This document shows positions 9,539-19,598 of a stretch of 39,892 bases of DNA, piece after piece. The notes below the pieces were generated by a model, which ran no database searches, had not been told where the DNA came from, and saw only the letters and a program-made list of their open reading frames with translations. Position 1 is the stretch's first letter. Each line of letters begins with the position of its first letter. The position numbers and the translations under genes are program-made. The DNA is from Actinomycetes bacterium (GTDB lineage: Bacteria; Actinomycetota; CADDZG01; JAHWKV01): contig JAJCYF010000057.1 of assembly GCA_029263035.1 (NCBI GenBank), positions 1-39,892 of the forward strand. Reading direction: 5' to 3'.

Positions 9539-11230
9539 CTAATCCGCCTCCAGGGGCTCGATCTCGCGGATGGCAACGGCGAAAGCGTTGTTCGAGGTGC
9601 CCTCACCCGGCGTCTCGACCAGCCGCGTGATCCAGATCATCCAGTAGCGGTGGGAGCCGACGTTGGTTTCGAAGGTGTGGTCGGCAGCGACGGTCTGGGA
9701 GGACCCCGGGTTGCTCCAGGTCCGCCCGTCGTCCGACACGCGGACCGACGCCTGCCAGCCTCCGGCGACCGAGGTCACCCTGATCCCGGACAGCTCGCGG
9801 GCGGAACCCAGGTCGACGTAGATCCCGACGCCGTCCTTGAGTCCCCCCAGGTCCGCCCGGCTGTAGGACGAGGTCGCCCAGGAGGTATCGGGGTCACCGT
9901 CGACCGCCTGCGGCAGGCGGCGGGTGGTCTCCTCTCCGTCCCCCGGAGGCGGGTCGTAGGCGGCAGCCCGTGAGATCTCTACCGGTTCGGCCTGGGAATC
10001 CTCCTGCTCCGGCGAGACCACGTTGCCTATGCCGGTGCGAAGCGAGGGAATGGAGAACACGATCGCTGCCGCTGCGGCGATCACCAGGATCGTCGGCAGC
10101 AGCCAGCGGCCTTCGGTTCGAAGGAACGACTCGCCCCTGGCCGAATGGGCCGGAGCTCTTGGGACCTCGGCCATCTCCGGCCCGGGCGGGCTCGGCCGGG
10201 AAGCGGGGCCGGCCGGGGAATAGGGGGCCGCGGGCGGCGGCGGGGGCGGGGGCGATGCCGACCCGGTTAGCCGGGTCTGCTGTCCGGCCGGGGATTCCGG
10301 GCGGTTGGGCCTTACCCGTGGAGCAACCGGAACTGCGGGAGCCGGCGAAGCCGGACGCCCGCCGGCCAGCGGTCTCAGAGCCTTCTCCAGGGCCCGCGCG
10401 CTTTGGAATCGAGCATCCGGATTCCGCTGCAAAGCCCCGATGATGGCCATATCCAGATCGTCGGACACCTCGGGCCGAAGGTCCTTGGGGCTCGGGGTCC
10501 GTGGTTTGTCCTCGGAGGGGGGACCGGAGGCGGCGGCAGCCCGGGCCGCCGCGGGCGGCGTCACTCCCACCAGGCACTCATACAGGATGACCGCCAGTGC
10601 ATACAGGTCGGAGCGGGCATCGGGCCCCGATCCGCTCGCCAGCTCGGGGGCGGCGTAGGCGCTGGAGCTGAAGGTGCCGTCGGGATCGGTCAAGCGGGGA
10701 TTGGCCAGGGCGGCCTTGGCGATCGCAAAGTCGGAGACCTTGAGATGGCCGCCCTCAGTGAACAGCACGTTTTCCGGACGTATGTTTCCGTGGACGATGC
10801 CGAGCTTGTGGGCGTGGCCGAGAGCGGCGCAGGCATCGGCGCCCAGCCCGGCCACCTCCTCGGGGTCTAAAGGTCCCTTGGCCAACCGGTCGCGCAGGCT
10901 GCCCCCTCCCAGGTACTCCATGACGATGAAGGGAGCGCCGTCGTGTTCGCCGGTGTCGAAGACCGAAACGATGTTGGAGTGGGTGAGGCGGGCCGCCGCC
11001 ACGGCCTCTTTGCGAAACAGGCGCTTGATGACGGAGTCGCTGACCAGCTGCTGCCGCAGTATCTTGGCCGCCACCGGGCGGCCGAGGACCTCATCCTCAC
11101 AACGCCAGAAGTCGGCGAGGCGGCCCGGAGCGATCCTGGAAGTAAGCAGGTAGCGGCCGGCGAGCTTGACCTCACCGGTGCCGCCGGAGGATGGGTTCAG
11201 CGGCGCCGCTTGACGATTGTCGAGATCCAC
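9539..11230 (-). CDS. Hanks-type Ser/Thr pseudokinase with Pro-rich linker, TM helix and extracellular discoidin/F5-8-like domain
   Basis: VAAK present; Gly loop reads APGRLA, HRD reads HGN, DFG reads DFA; AVDGDPDTSW in the C-domain; GTG 11230 preceded by GGAGGAG. Confidence 0.85.
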   Translation of the reverse strand: MDLDNRQAAPLNPSSGGTGEVKLAGRYLLTSRIAPGRLADFWRCEDEVLGRPVAAKILRQQLVSDSVIKRLFRKEAVAAARLTHSNIVSVFDTGEHDGAPFIVMEYLGGGSLRDRLAKGPLDPEEVAGLGADACAALGHAHKLGIVHGNIRPENVLFTEGGHLKVSDFAIAKAALANPRLTDPDGTFSSSAYAAPELASGSGPDARSDLYALAVILYECLVGVTPPAAARAAAASGPPSEDKPRTPSPKDLRPEVSDDLDMAIIGALQRNPDARFQSARALEKALRPLAGGRPASPAPAVPVAPRVRPNRPESPAGQQTRLTGSASPPPPPPPAAPYSPAGPASRPSPPGPEMAEVPRAPAHSARGESFLRTEGRWLLPTILVIAAAAAIVFSIPSLRTGIGNVVSPEQEDSQAEPVEISRAAAYDPPPGDGEETTRRLPQAVDGDPDTSWATSSYSRADLGGLKDGVGIYVDLGSARELSGIRVTSVAGGWQASVRVSDDGRTWSNPGSSQTVAADHTFETNVGSHRYWMIWITRLVETPGEGTSNNAFAVAIREIEPLEAD

Positions 11231-12825
11231 CGCATCTCCTCCAGACCCAAAGCCTTGCTCAGTCCAGCGTAGAGCAAAACTCCAACGGTGGTCGCGGCCA
11301 TCACCTGCAGGAGCAGGCCGGTTATCGAGGAGTCGCCGACCACCTGCGCAGCCCCCCTGGCGGCCAGCCAGGCGCCGATTCCGGTTGCCACCGAGGCGCC
11401 CGTCATCCTGGCGAGCGCCGGGAAGTAGCCCCCGGCCGGACTCGTTCCGATCTTGCCCGAGATCGCCCTCAGCGCGAGCGCCGAGGCCACCACGTAGGAG
11501 GTACCGTGCCCGGCGGCCAGGCCGGCGATCTGCAGCGAGGGATCGTCGACCAGTGCAACCACCGTCAGGTTGAACCCGACGTTGACCACCAGGCCCACCA
11601 GGTTGATGAACATCGGAGTCCTGGTGTCGCCCAGCGCGTAGAAGCCCCTCAGCAGCACGTAAAAGGTGGAAAAGAAGAAGATTCCCGGAGCCCAGACCCG
11701 CAGGACCGTCGAAACCAGGTCGGTGGACGCCTCCGTTGTGACCCCGTGCTCCAGGAGCAGCGCCACTATCTGGGGGGCGATCGCAACGTATCCGGCCACT
11801 GCAGGAAGCACGAAATAGGCGACGCCCCGCAGGCCCCGGTTCAGCTCTTTTGCGAAGTCGGAGTGGTTGCCGGCCACCGCCTTCTCGGTCATTGCCGGGA
11901 AGATCGCGGTGGCGATTGATACGGCCAAGAGACCGTGCGGGAGCTGGAAGAAGACGTAGGCGTACTGGTAGGAGGCCACGCCGCCGGTCACCCGGCCGGC
12001 GAGTATGAGAGCCACCCACAAGCTCAACATGTTGGTGGCCACGTAACCGACCATGAAGCTCGACATCTTGAGCAGGCGCCCGAACCGGGGGTCCTTCAGC
12101 CCGTCCCGCCCGCCCAGCCGCAGGCCCATCCGCCGCAGAAAGAAGAAGGGAAGGATCCCCTGCAGGGCGACCCCGGCGGTGGTGCCCAGCCCGAGGATCA
12201 AAATCCCCTTTGTAGGCACCATCTGCGGAGTTCGCAGGGTCTCCGGGATGGAGTTTGCGAACCACAGCAGGCTGCCCGTGACCGCGAGGTTGTTCAACGC
12301 CGGCACGAACATCGGTATCCCGAACCGCCGGTGCGCGTTAAGGACACCGGTGGAAATGTAGGAGAGTCCGTAGAATAGGATCTGCGGGACAAATAGCTGC
12401 AGAAGGAAGGTTCCCAGCGCCTGCTGGGCCGCCCGGCCTTCGCCCTGGACTCCGATGGTGTAGAGGCTGAAGATCGCAGGAGCCGCCACGATGACGAGCA
12501 ATCCGATGCCGGCGAGCAGCAACATCGTAACCCTGGTCACCCGGCTGATGAACCTCCAGGCTTCCTCCTGCCCCTCCCTCGCCTTCACCTCGATGTAGGT
12601 GCGAAGCAGCACCGAGGACAGAACTCCTCCGATGATCAACTCCAGGATCATGTTCGGGGTGGTGTTCGCCAGGTTGTAGGTGTCGGCGAGGCGGCTTTCT
12701 GTGACCCCGAGCGCGTAGGTGGTGGCTCCTAGCCGAAGCAGACCGGTCGCCCTGCTGATCGCGGTGCCGGCGGTGGCGATTGCGGCCCCCCGGCCGGTGG
12801 CTTCGGCGCTTTGCTCTTCGGTCAA
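11197..12825 (-). CDS. murJ: Lipid II flippase MurJ/MviN
   Basis: SRATGLLR, ANTTPNMILELIIGG, FQLPHG, RGFYALGDTRTP; about 14 TM helices. Confidence 0.93.
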   Translation of the reverse strand: MTEEQSAEATGRGAAIATAGTAISRATGLLRLGATTYALGVTESRLADTYNLANTTPNMILELIIGGVLSSVLLRTYIEVKAREGQEEAWRFISRVTRVTMLLLAGIGLLVIVAAPAIFSLYTIGVQGEGRAAQQALGTFLLQLFVPQILFYGLSYISTGVLNAHRRFGIPMFVPALNNLAVTGSLLWFANSIPETLRTPQMVPTKGILILGLGTTAGVALQGILPFFFLRRMGLRLGGRDGLKDPRFGRLLKMSSFMVGYVATNMLSLWVALILAGRVTGGVASYQYAYVFFQLPHGLLAVSIATAIFPAMTEKAVAGNHSDFAKELNRGLRGVAYFVLPAVAGYVAIAPQIVALLLEHGVTTEASTDLVSTVLRVWAPGIFFFSTFYVLLRGFYALGDTRTPMFINLVGLVVNVGFNLTVVALVDDPSLQIAGLAAGHGTSYVVASALALRAISGKIGTSPAGGYFPALARMTGASVATGIGAWLAARGAAQVVGDSSITGLLLQVMAATTVGVLLYAGLSKALGLEEMRWISTIVKRRR

Positions 12826-15101
12826 CCGGGTTCCGGAGTGGACGCAGAGCCGGGATCGTCCCGGTCGGTCGCTACTGCGACCGGCTCAGGGGTGGCTTCC
12901 TCGTCCGGGCTGAGGGCGTCTTCTACCGGCAGGTCCTCCGCCGGCTCTTCATCCGCCGTATCGGGTTGCTCTTTCGCTGCTGTGCCCCGTGCGCGGAAGC
13001 GCCGCAGCCAGCCGACGAGCCACCATCCGATGATGAACAGGCCCGCAGCGGCCGTGATCCACAGGGCTACAACGTTGTAGGCAGTGGAGCGGATGGTTAG
13101 CTGGCTCTCCGAGATCAGGGTCCCATCTGGGGTGAACAGACTCACGTCGAGAGGGAAGGTCCCCGACGACTGGGTGATGGCCCGGACCTGGATCGTCTGA
13201 TTCGGGGGCTGAAGCTTGGAGATGGTGATCCGGTCGCCGTCCGGAAAGCGCAGCTTGTCCGAGTGGACCTGCAGCACCACGTCTACCGGGTAGCCCAACC
13301 CCGATCCGACCGATAGCGGGATGACGCCGGTTCTGGAGGTCAGGGTGATGGTCTGGGGGTCCGGCGCGTGCAGCTTGCTCAGCTCGCTGTTGATGGAGGC
13401 CGGGATTGCCTCGGCGAACGAGATTGCCCGTTCCAGCGCCGCCCGGCTGGTCCACCAGTCTGTGCTTTCTGCAATGAGCAACCGGCGCGAGAGCGAGCCG
13501 ATCCGTGCCGAGGGCGGCGAGAGGGCAGAGTAGCGGGAGATTGCCCGGCGTGCGGTGGACAACGCGGCGAAGTAGGACTGGGGAGGCAGTTCCGGACCGT
13601 TCTCCAGCACGTCTTCCGAGGTGGCGAGCCTTACCTGCTCGGTTTCGGGGGGCTCGAGGTCGGAGGTGATCGCGTCCGGGGTCGTGGGGCGCAGCCAGGA
13701 ACCGGCGGTCAGTACGTCCATCAGCTGCGAGGCAGAGTCGCCCTCGGCCTCCCAGCCGGCGGGGGCCACCGCGACCACGGCCCTGAACAGGCCGGGGGTT
13801 TCCAGGTGGATGGTGGCGGTCTCGGCGACGAAGCGCTGACGAGCCTCGATCGTCGCCAGCTCGCCGGTGCGCCTGATCTCGTTCCCCAGTCCCGCATCGG
13901 CCACCAGGGCTTCGGTCTCCACCCCGGTCAGGCCTTCGGTGGCCGAACCGGGTCCCCCTTCGAGCTGGACCGGCAGGGCCCGGGTGAACGGGTCGTCGGA
14001 CGGAGTGATCGAGCGCGAGGAGATGATCAACCGGTTGAAGTTGGTGCGGTGCAGCTGGGTGAGCGTCGGCTGGTCCAGGTCGCCGAAGGTCGGGAGGAGC
14101 CAGTTGTCGAGCGGCTCCGAGCGCAGAAGTCCGATCGGCTCTGCCAGCAGGACGTTGCGGCCCTCGGAGAGCTGGGTGGCGGCCAGCTCGGGCAGCCCGA
14201 AGCGGTTGAAGGCCGGGAGCGAGGCGGGCGAGTAGGTGGTGGTGATGACGCGGGTTGCCGGGCGGCCCGCCAGGCTCTGCAGACGGGCCAGCGTGGCAAA
14301 CGCGTTCTGGGCTCGGGGGTCCTCGGCCGGGACCTCCACCGGGCCCTCCGAGGTAGCCCGCTGATATCCGTCCGCCATGTCCTGCAGCATGCTGAGCAGC
14401 AGCCCGCTGGGAGCCAGGGTGACCGGCATCTCCGGGTGGCCCTCCAATGCATCCAGAATTCGGCTGAGCCTTCCGCCGCTGATGGAGCGCTCCAGCGAGT
14501 TGCTGGTGACCAGGTCGGGGCGTCCGCCGTCGGTGTAGATCGACGGCGAGTGCAGGGGCACTATCAGGCTGATCCCGAGGGGTCTTTCGGGAGGTTCGTG
14601 GAAGAACACCATGTGGGTATTGATCGCGTTCGACGTAATCCTCCCGGAGCGGACGACGACCCGAACCGGGTACGCGCGGTCCTGGGTTGATTCGCGGAAC
14701 TTGGCCAGCTCACTCAGCGGCTTGGCAATCTCGATTCGCCGGGTTCGGCCGGGCGCGATCGTTCCCTCCACCGGGATCGTGTCGACTGCAAGCGTGGTGC
14801 CGGGGCGGTTCTGGTAGGTCTGCTCCAGCCGGGAACGGCTGGTCACTCCCTGGTAGATCGTCAGAGCCACCTCGAGCTCACCGGCAGCAGTGCCCCCCGA
14901 GTTGGTGACCTCCAGCCCGACCGTCAAAGAGTCGGCAGGTCCCACGGACACGGGGAAGTCGACAAGCTCGACCTCGAGCTCGGCCTGCCGGCCGGCGGTG
15001 GGGCTCGGGGATGGGCTTTGCGCCGACGCCGAAGGTGCCCCGAAGACGGCCAGAATCAGGACGGCTGCGAGTGCGGCGGACAACGTGCGGGCGCTTTTCA
15101 T
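12822..15101 (-). CDS. DUF6049-family secreted, membrane-anchored protein
   Basis: Signal peptide, AYPVRV motif, C-terminal TM plus acidic tail; conserved position upstream of murJ. Confidence 0.75.
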   Translation of the reverse strand: MKSARTLSAALAAVLILAVFGAPSASAQSPSPSPTAGRQAELEVELVDFPVSVGPADSLTVGLEVTNSGGTAAGELEVALTIYQGVTSRSRLEQTYQNRPGTTLAVDTIPVEGTIAPGRTRRIEIAKPLSELAKFRESTQDRAYPVRVVVRSGRITSNAINTHMVFFHEPPERPLGISLIVPLHSPSIYTDGGRPDLVTSNSLERSISGGRLSRILDALEGHPEMPVTLAPSGLLLSMLQDMADGYQRATSEGPVEVPAEDPRAQNAFATLARLQSLAGRPATRVITTTYSPASLPAFNRFGLPELAATQLSEGRNVLLAEPIGLLRSEPLDNWLLPTFGDLDQPTLTQLHRTNFNRLIISSRSITPSDDPFTRALPVQLEGGPGSATEGLTGVETEALVADAGLGNEIRRTGELATIEARQRFVAETATIHLETPGLFRAVVAVAPAGWEAEGDSASQLMDVLTAGSWLRPTTPDAITSDLEPPETEQVRLATSEDVLENGPELPPQSYFAALSTARRAISRYSALSPPSARIGSLSRRLLIAESTDWWTSRAALERAISFAEAIPASINSELSKLHAPDPQTITLTSRTGVIPLSVGSGLGYPVDVVLQVHSDKLRFPDGDRITISKLQPPNQTIQVRAITQSSGTFPLDVSLFTPDGTLISESQLTIRSTAYNVVALWITAAAGLFIIGWWLVGWLRRFRARGTAAKEQPDTADEEPAEDLPVEDALSPDEEATPEPVAVATDRDDPGSASTPEPG

Positions 15102-15210
15102 CCTTAGAACAGTATTCCCGATACCCAGAGGCGGGCATAATCGCTCGATCGAAGGCAGGCCCCGGCGCCACGCCGGACCTTCCAGGCGCCAGCCCCTATT
15201 CTTGCCGGGT

Positions 15211-16608
15211 ATGCGAGACCTATCAGCCGACGCCGTTCCCCCCCTTGCCCTTGAGCTGGCCGGGCGTTTTCGAGATGCCGGCTACGGGCTGTGGCTGGTG
15301 GGCGGGTGGGTCCGCGACCGGCTTTTGGACCGCCCGGACGACGGGGACCTGGATTTTGCCACCGACGCCCGCCCGCCCGAAACCCTGCGCCTGTTGAAGC
15401 GCTGGGGCGGGTCCGCTCCCTGGACCTCGGGAATGGAATTCGGAACCATCGGGGTGGAGAAGGCGGGCACCCGGGTTGAGGTCACTACCTTCCGCAGCGA
15501 GGTCTACGAACCGGGGTCCCGCAACCCCAGGGTGGAGTTCGGCGACAGCCTGCAGACCGATCTTTCCCGGCGGGACTTCACGGTCAACACCATGGCGATC
15601 GCTCTTCCGGACGTGGAGCTGGTCGACCCCTTCGGGGGGATCTCCGATCTGGTCGCCCGGCGGCTGAAGACCCCGCTGGCGCCGAGCATCTCGTTCTCCG
15701 ACGACCCCCTGCGGATGCTGCGCGCCTTCCGGTTCGCCTCGACCCTGGGCTTCGACATCGATGCGGAAGTTCTGGAGGCGGTCCGTCAGATGCACGACCG
15801 CCTCGCGATCGTCTCCAGGGAACGTATCCGGGACGAGTTCTGCAAGCTGATGCTGGGGCCGGCCGTGAGCCGGGCGCTGGAGATGGCCACCGACGCCGGG
15901 CTGGCCGGCGAGTTCCTGCCCGAGCTGCCGGGGTTGAAGCTGGAGCAGGATCCCATCCACCGGCACAAGGATGTCTTCCACCACACCCTGGCGGTGCTGG
16001 ACAACGCGATCTCCGGCGAAAAGGACGGTCCCGATCTGGTGCTGCGCCTGGCGGCGCTTCTGCACGACATCGGCAAGCCGAGGACGCGGGAGATCACCCC
16101 CAGGGGCGTGACCTTCTACCACCACGAGGTGGTGGGGGCGCAGATGACGGAGGCGCGAATGCGTGAACTGCGGTTCCCGACCCGGATGATCGAGGAGGTC
16201 AAAACTCTGGTCTACCTGCACCTGCGGTTCCACACCTTCCGGCTGGGCTGGACCGATCGGGCGGTGCGCCGCTACGTCCGCGATGCCGGACCCCTGCTGG
16301 GAACCCTGAACGCCCTGGTGCGCTCCGACTGCACTACACGCAACCCCCGAAAGGCCGCCCAGCTCGACAAGCGAATGGACGACCTGGAGGAGTGGATTTC
16401 CGACCTGAGCTCCCGGGAGGAGCTAAAGCAACTGCGGCCGGCGCTGGACGGGAACGAGGTAATGAAGCACCTGAACCTCAAGCCGGGCCGGATCGTAGGA
16501 GAGGCGCTGGACTTTTTGATGGAGGTGCGGCTGGACGAGGGCGAGATCACCAAGCAGGAGGCGTACTCCCGGCTGGACGCCTGGTACGCCGAGAGGCAAA
16601 AGGAGTGA
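15211..16608 (+). CDS. CCA tRNA nucleotidyltransferase with HD domain (PcnA-like)
   Basis: LVGGWVRD, DLDFATD, RRDFTVN, DDPLRMLRA, LLHDIGKP. Confidence 0.93.
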   Translation: MRDLSADAVPPLALELAGRFRDAGYGLWLVGGWVRDRLLDRPDDGDLDFATDARPPETLRLLKRWGGSAPWTSGMEFGTIGVEKAGTRVEVTTFRSEVYEPGSRNPRVEFGDSLQTDLSRRDFTVNTMAIALPDVELVDPFGGISDLVARRLKTPLAPSISFSDDPLRMLRAFRFASTLGFDIDAEVLEAVRQMHDRLAIVSRERIRDEFCKLMLGPAVSRALEMATDAGLAGEFLPELPGLKLEQDPIHRHKDVFHHTLAVLDNAISGEKDGPDLVLRLAALLHDIGKPRTREITPRGVTFYHHEVVGAQMTEARMRELRFPTRMIEEVKTLVYLHLRFHTFRLGWTDRAVRRYVRDAGPLLGTLNALVRSDCTTRNPRKAAQLDKRMDDLEEWISDLSSREELKQLRPALDGNEVMKHLNLKPGRIVGEALDFLMEVRLDEGEITKQEAYSRLDAWYAERQKE

Positions 16609-17339
16609 GCGGGCCCAAACCACCCGAGGCCGGGTGGTACAACGCGGTTGCCGACCACCTGGGCTCGGCCTATCTGGGGTTCGAGTTCACCCAGGGGACC
16701 GAGCAGGAGGTCGACTTCCTCTACAACGCGCTGAGCCTCAAGCCCGGCGCCCGGCTTTTGGACGTCGGCACCGGCCCCGGGCGCCACGCGGTGGAGTTCG
16801 CGAAAAGAGGGGTCCAGGTCGTGGGGATCGATATCTCCTCCAGGTTTTTGGCCATCGCCAGGGAGCGGGCGTCGGAGGCGGGAACTCCGGTTTCCTTTTT
16901 TGAGATGGATGCCCTGGCTCTGCCCTTCGAGGACGAGTTCGATGTGGCAATCAGCATCTGCGAGGGGGCCTTCGGCCTGGGACTGGACGATCTCAAGATC
17001 CTGCGGGGGATGACTGCGTCGCTCAAGCCCGGCGGTCACGCCGCGGTGGCGTCGCCCAACACCTTCTATGTCCTGTCGCAGTTGGAGAACCCGGCCGAGT
17101 TCGACCCGGTGACCTCACTGTTTGCCCGCACCATGAAGGACGTACCCGGAGAGGACGGCAGCACCAGGGACCTGCAGATGTGGAGCTCGTGCTACACGCC
17201 GCGCGAGCTCGAGTGGATTGCCAACGGCGCCGGCCTGGATCCGGAGATTGTCAACGGCATCGCCCCGGGGGCTTTCGGGGCGGACATTCCAACCCGCGAG
17301 CACCCGGAGCTGCTGCTCCTGGCCCGCAAGCCGGCGTAG
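16605..17339 (+). CDS. Class I SAM-dependent methyltransferase
   Basis: LLDVGTGPGRH motif I, GIDIS, LKPGG; GTG overlaps the CCA-enzyme stop. Confidence 0.85.
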   Translation: MSGPKPPEAGWYNAVADHLGSAYLGFEFTQGTEQEVDFLYNALSLKPGARLLDVGTGPGRHAVEFAKRGVQVVGIDISSRFLAIARERASEAGTPVSFFEMDALALPFEDEFDVAISICEGAFGLGLDDLKILRGMTASLKPGGHAAVASPNTFYVLSQLENPAEFDPVTSLFARTMKDVPGEDGSTRDLQMWSSCYTPRELEWIANGAGLDPEIVNGIAPGAFGADIPTREHPELLLLARKPA

Positions 17340-17342
17340 GTC

Positions 17343-18440
17343 CTAACCGGCTGCCGGGATTTCGGCGACGGTGGAGTCGATGAACTCCTCCACCCGTTGC
17401 CGGGCGACGTCGTCCGAATACTGCTCCGGAGGGGACTTCATGAAGTAACTGCTCGGGCCGAGCAGGGGACCGCCGATGCCGGCGTCCTGGGCCAGCCTCA
17501 GGCACCGGACGGCGTCGATAACAATGCCGGCCGAGTTGGGTGAGTCCCAGACCTCAAGCTTCAGGTCGACGGAGATCGGCACGTCGCCGAACTCGCGGCC
17601 CTCGAGGCGGATGTGCGCCCACTTGCGGTCGTTCAGCCACGGAACGTGGTCGGAGGGCCCGATGTGGACATCCTCCGGCTGTAGTTCCCGGGCAAGCTGG
17701 GACTGCACCGACTGGGTCTTGGACTTCTTCTTCGATACCAGGCGCTCGCGCTCCAGCATGTTCATGAAGTCCATGTTCCCGCCAAAGTTGAGCTGGTAGG
17801 TGTGGTCGAGCTTTACGCCGCGGTCCTCGAAAAGGCGGGCGAGGACGCGGTGGATGATGGTGGCTCCCAACTGGCTTTTGATGTCGTCACCGATGATCGG
17901 CACGCCGGCAGCGGCAAAGCGCTGCGCCCACGCCGGGTCCGACGCCAGGAAGACCGGCATGCAGTTGACGAAACCCACGCCGGCCTCCAGCGCCGCTTCG
18001 GCGTAGAAGCGGGCGGCCTGCTCGCTTCCGACCGGCAGGTAGTTGACCAGCACCTGGGTGCCGGAATCCTTCAGCACCCTGACCACGTCGACCGGCTCCT
18101 CCGGGGATTCGGTGATCTTCTGGCTGTAGTAGTGGCCGAGCCCGTCCAGGGTGGGGCCCCGGGAGACCGTGACGTCCAGTTCCGGGACGTCGGCAAATCT
18201 GATGGTGTTGTTCGGCTCGGTGAAGAGGGCTTTGGAAAGGTCGGCCCCAACCTTCAGGGCATCCACGTCGAAGGCGCAGGAGAACTCGACGTCGGACACG
18301 TGGTACGGGCCGATATTCAGGTGCATGAGTCCGGGGAGTTCGTCGGCGGCGGTTGCTCCGCGGTAGAACTCGATGCCCTGGACCAAAGCGGAGGCGCAGT
18401 TGCCGGCCCCGACAATCCCCACACGGATCTTGCTTGTCAT
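17343..18440 (-). CDS. ino1: Myo-inositol-1-phosphate synthase
   Basis: [43 protein letters not shown]. Confidence 0.96.
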   Translation of the reverse strand: MTSKIRVGIVGAGNCASALVQGIEFYRGATAADELPGLMHLNIGPYHVSDVEFSCAFDVDALKVGADLSKALFTEPNNTIRFADVPELDVTVSRGPTLDGLGHYYSQKITESPEEPVDVVRVLKDSGTQVLVNYLPVGSEQAARFYAEAALEAGVGFVNCMPVFLASDPAWAQRFAAAGVPIIGDDIKSQLGATIIHRVLARLFEDRGVKLDHTYQLNFGGNMDFMNMLERERLVSKKKSKTQSVQSQLARELQPEDVHIGPSDHVPWLNDRKWAHIRLEGREFGDVPISVDLKLEVWDSPNSAGIVIDAVRCLRLAQDAGIGGPLLGPSSYFMKSPPEQYSDDVARQRVEEFIDSTVAEIPAAG

Positions 18441-18469
18441 CTGTATAGCTCCTTAAAAAAGCACATCGA

Positions 18470-19012
18470 TTAGTTGGCGGTTTTGCCCTTCAGGTTTGTG
18501 ATGTTGAGCTTTTCCTCAGCGATCAAGCGATCGATCCACTCGATGTCGGCCCGGGTGGTGTCCACCCGGTGCTCCATGAGGCGGTAGGTGTAGTCGTCAA
18601 TCTTTTCTTTGTAGGACCGCAGCTTCTCCTTCAGGTCGGCAACGGTTTCGGTCAGGTACGCCCGGCGGCGCTCCAGAAGATCGACGCGGTCGTTGCAGTC
18701 CATGTAACGAAAGAAGGCGAACCTGACGCCGAAGCGGGCGTCGTCGACCACGGGGGTGCGTTCGCACAGGCGGCTGGTGAACAGCTCTTCGCCCTGCTGA
18801 GTGATCCGGTAGATGTTCTTGCGGCGGGTCACTTCCTCCTTGGGGTAGTAACGCTCGACCATCCCGTTCTTCTCCAGGCGGCGCACCGAGGGATAGAGGC
18901 TCCCATAGGAAGCCTGCCAAAATTGACCGAGTTGGGCGGTCAGCTCCTTCTTGAGCTCGTACCCGTGCATCGCTCGGTCCTTCAGCAGGCCGAGAATTGC
19001 CATCTCAATCAT
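18470..19012 (-). CDS. PadR-family transcriptional regulator (Rv0047c/InoR-like)
   Basis: MHGYEL, SYGSLYP winged HTH; upstream of ino1. Confidence 0.92.
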   Translation of the reverse strand: MIEMAILGLLKDRAMHGYELKKELTAQLGQFWQASYGSLYPSVRRLEKNGMVERYYPKEEVTRRKNIYRITQQGEELFTSRLCERTPVVDDARFGVRFAFFRYMDCNDRVDLLERRRAYLTETVADLKEKLRSYKEKIDDYTYRLMEHRVDTTRADIEWIDRLIAEEKLNITNLKGKTAN

Positions 19013-19061
19013 GGATGTATCTCCTCGATATATCGGTCCGATATATCTAACCGCTATGTCG
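19013..19061. promoter_or_regulatory. Four phased CGATATATCG-like boxes (13-bp period), probable PadR operator
   Basis: GGATGTATCT 19013, CGATATATCG 19026, CGATATATCT 19039, CGCTATGTCG 19052. Confidence 0.6.
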
Positions 19062-19134
19062 CAGGCGTGTCAACAGGCCGGGGACCCGGTCGCCATGCAG
19101 ATTTGTCACGCGGCTCGCGTACAATTGCTGGACC

Positions 19135-19542
19135 ATGCAGGGCTTCGTCGACTACACAATTGCCAAGCGGTCCGTCCTCGAGGGACTCCGCCGGGGATCG
19201 CTCGACCGGATGGACGTTTGCGACGCCCACCCCGAGCTGATCCGGGTGGCCCGCAACATCGGCCTGGACATCGAGCGGCCCTGTCCCGTCTGCGCCTCCG
19301 GCACCTTGAAACAGGTGCGCTTTGTCTACGGGCAGGCGCTGGGACACCTCTCCGGGCGGGCCGTCTACCCGAAGGATTGGGAACTGGAGCTCAACGACAA
19401 GTACGACGAGTTCCGCTGCTATGCGGTGGAGGTGTGCGTCGACTGTCAGTGGAACCACCTGGCTGCCTGCTACCTGATGGGCAAGCGGTTCCAGCCCAAG
19501 CCCCGGCGCCGGACTCCCCGAAAGGCAACATCCCGGGATTAA
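19135..19542 (+). CDS. DUF5318-family protein (Rv0049-like)
   Basis: DVCDAHPEL, CPVC, VEVCVDCQWNHL; divergent from padR. Confidence 0.9.
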   Translation: MQGFVDYTIAKRSVLEGLRRGSLDRMDVCDAHPELIRVARNIGLDIERPCPVCASGTLKQVRFVYGQALGHLSGRAVYPKDWELELNDKYDEFRCYAVEVCVDCQWNHLAACYLMGKRFQPKPRRRTPRKATSRD

Positions 19543-19598
19543 ACCGCCCGACCAAGCCAAGTAGAGAGACGCCGCCCGAGTGCACTAAAGTACCGCCC

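Noticed and set aside
11231-12265. N-terminal extension of the 908-aa kinase ORF, or programmed frameshift from murJ
   Set aside because: Alternative frame of murJ with Arg/Gly/Pro-rich composition; a good SD plus GTG exists at 11230; no convincing slippery site near the murJ end
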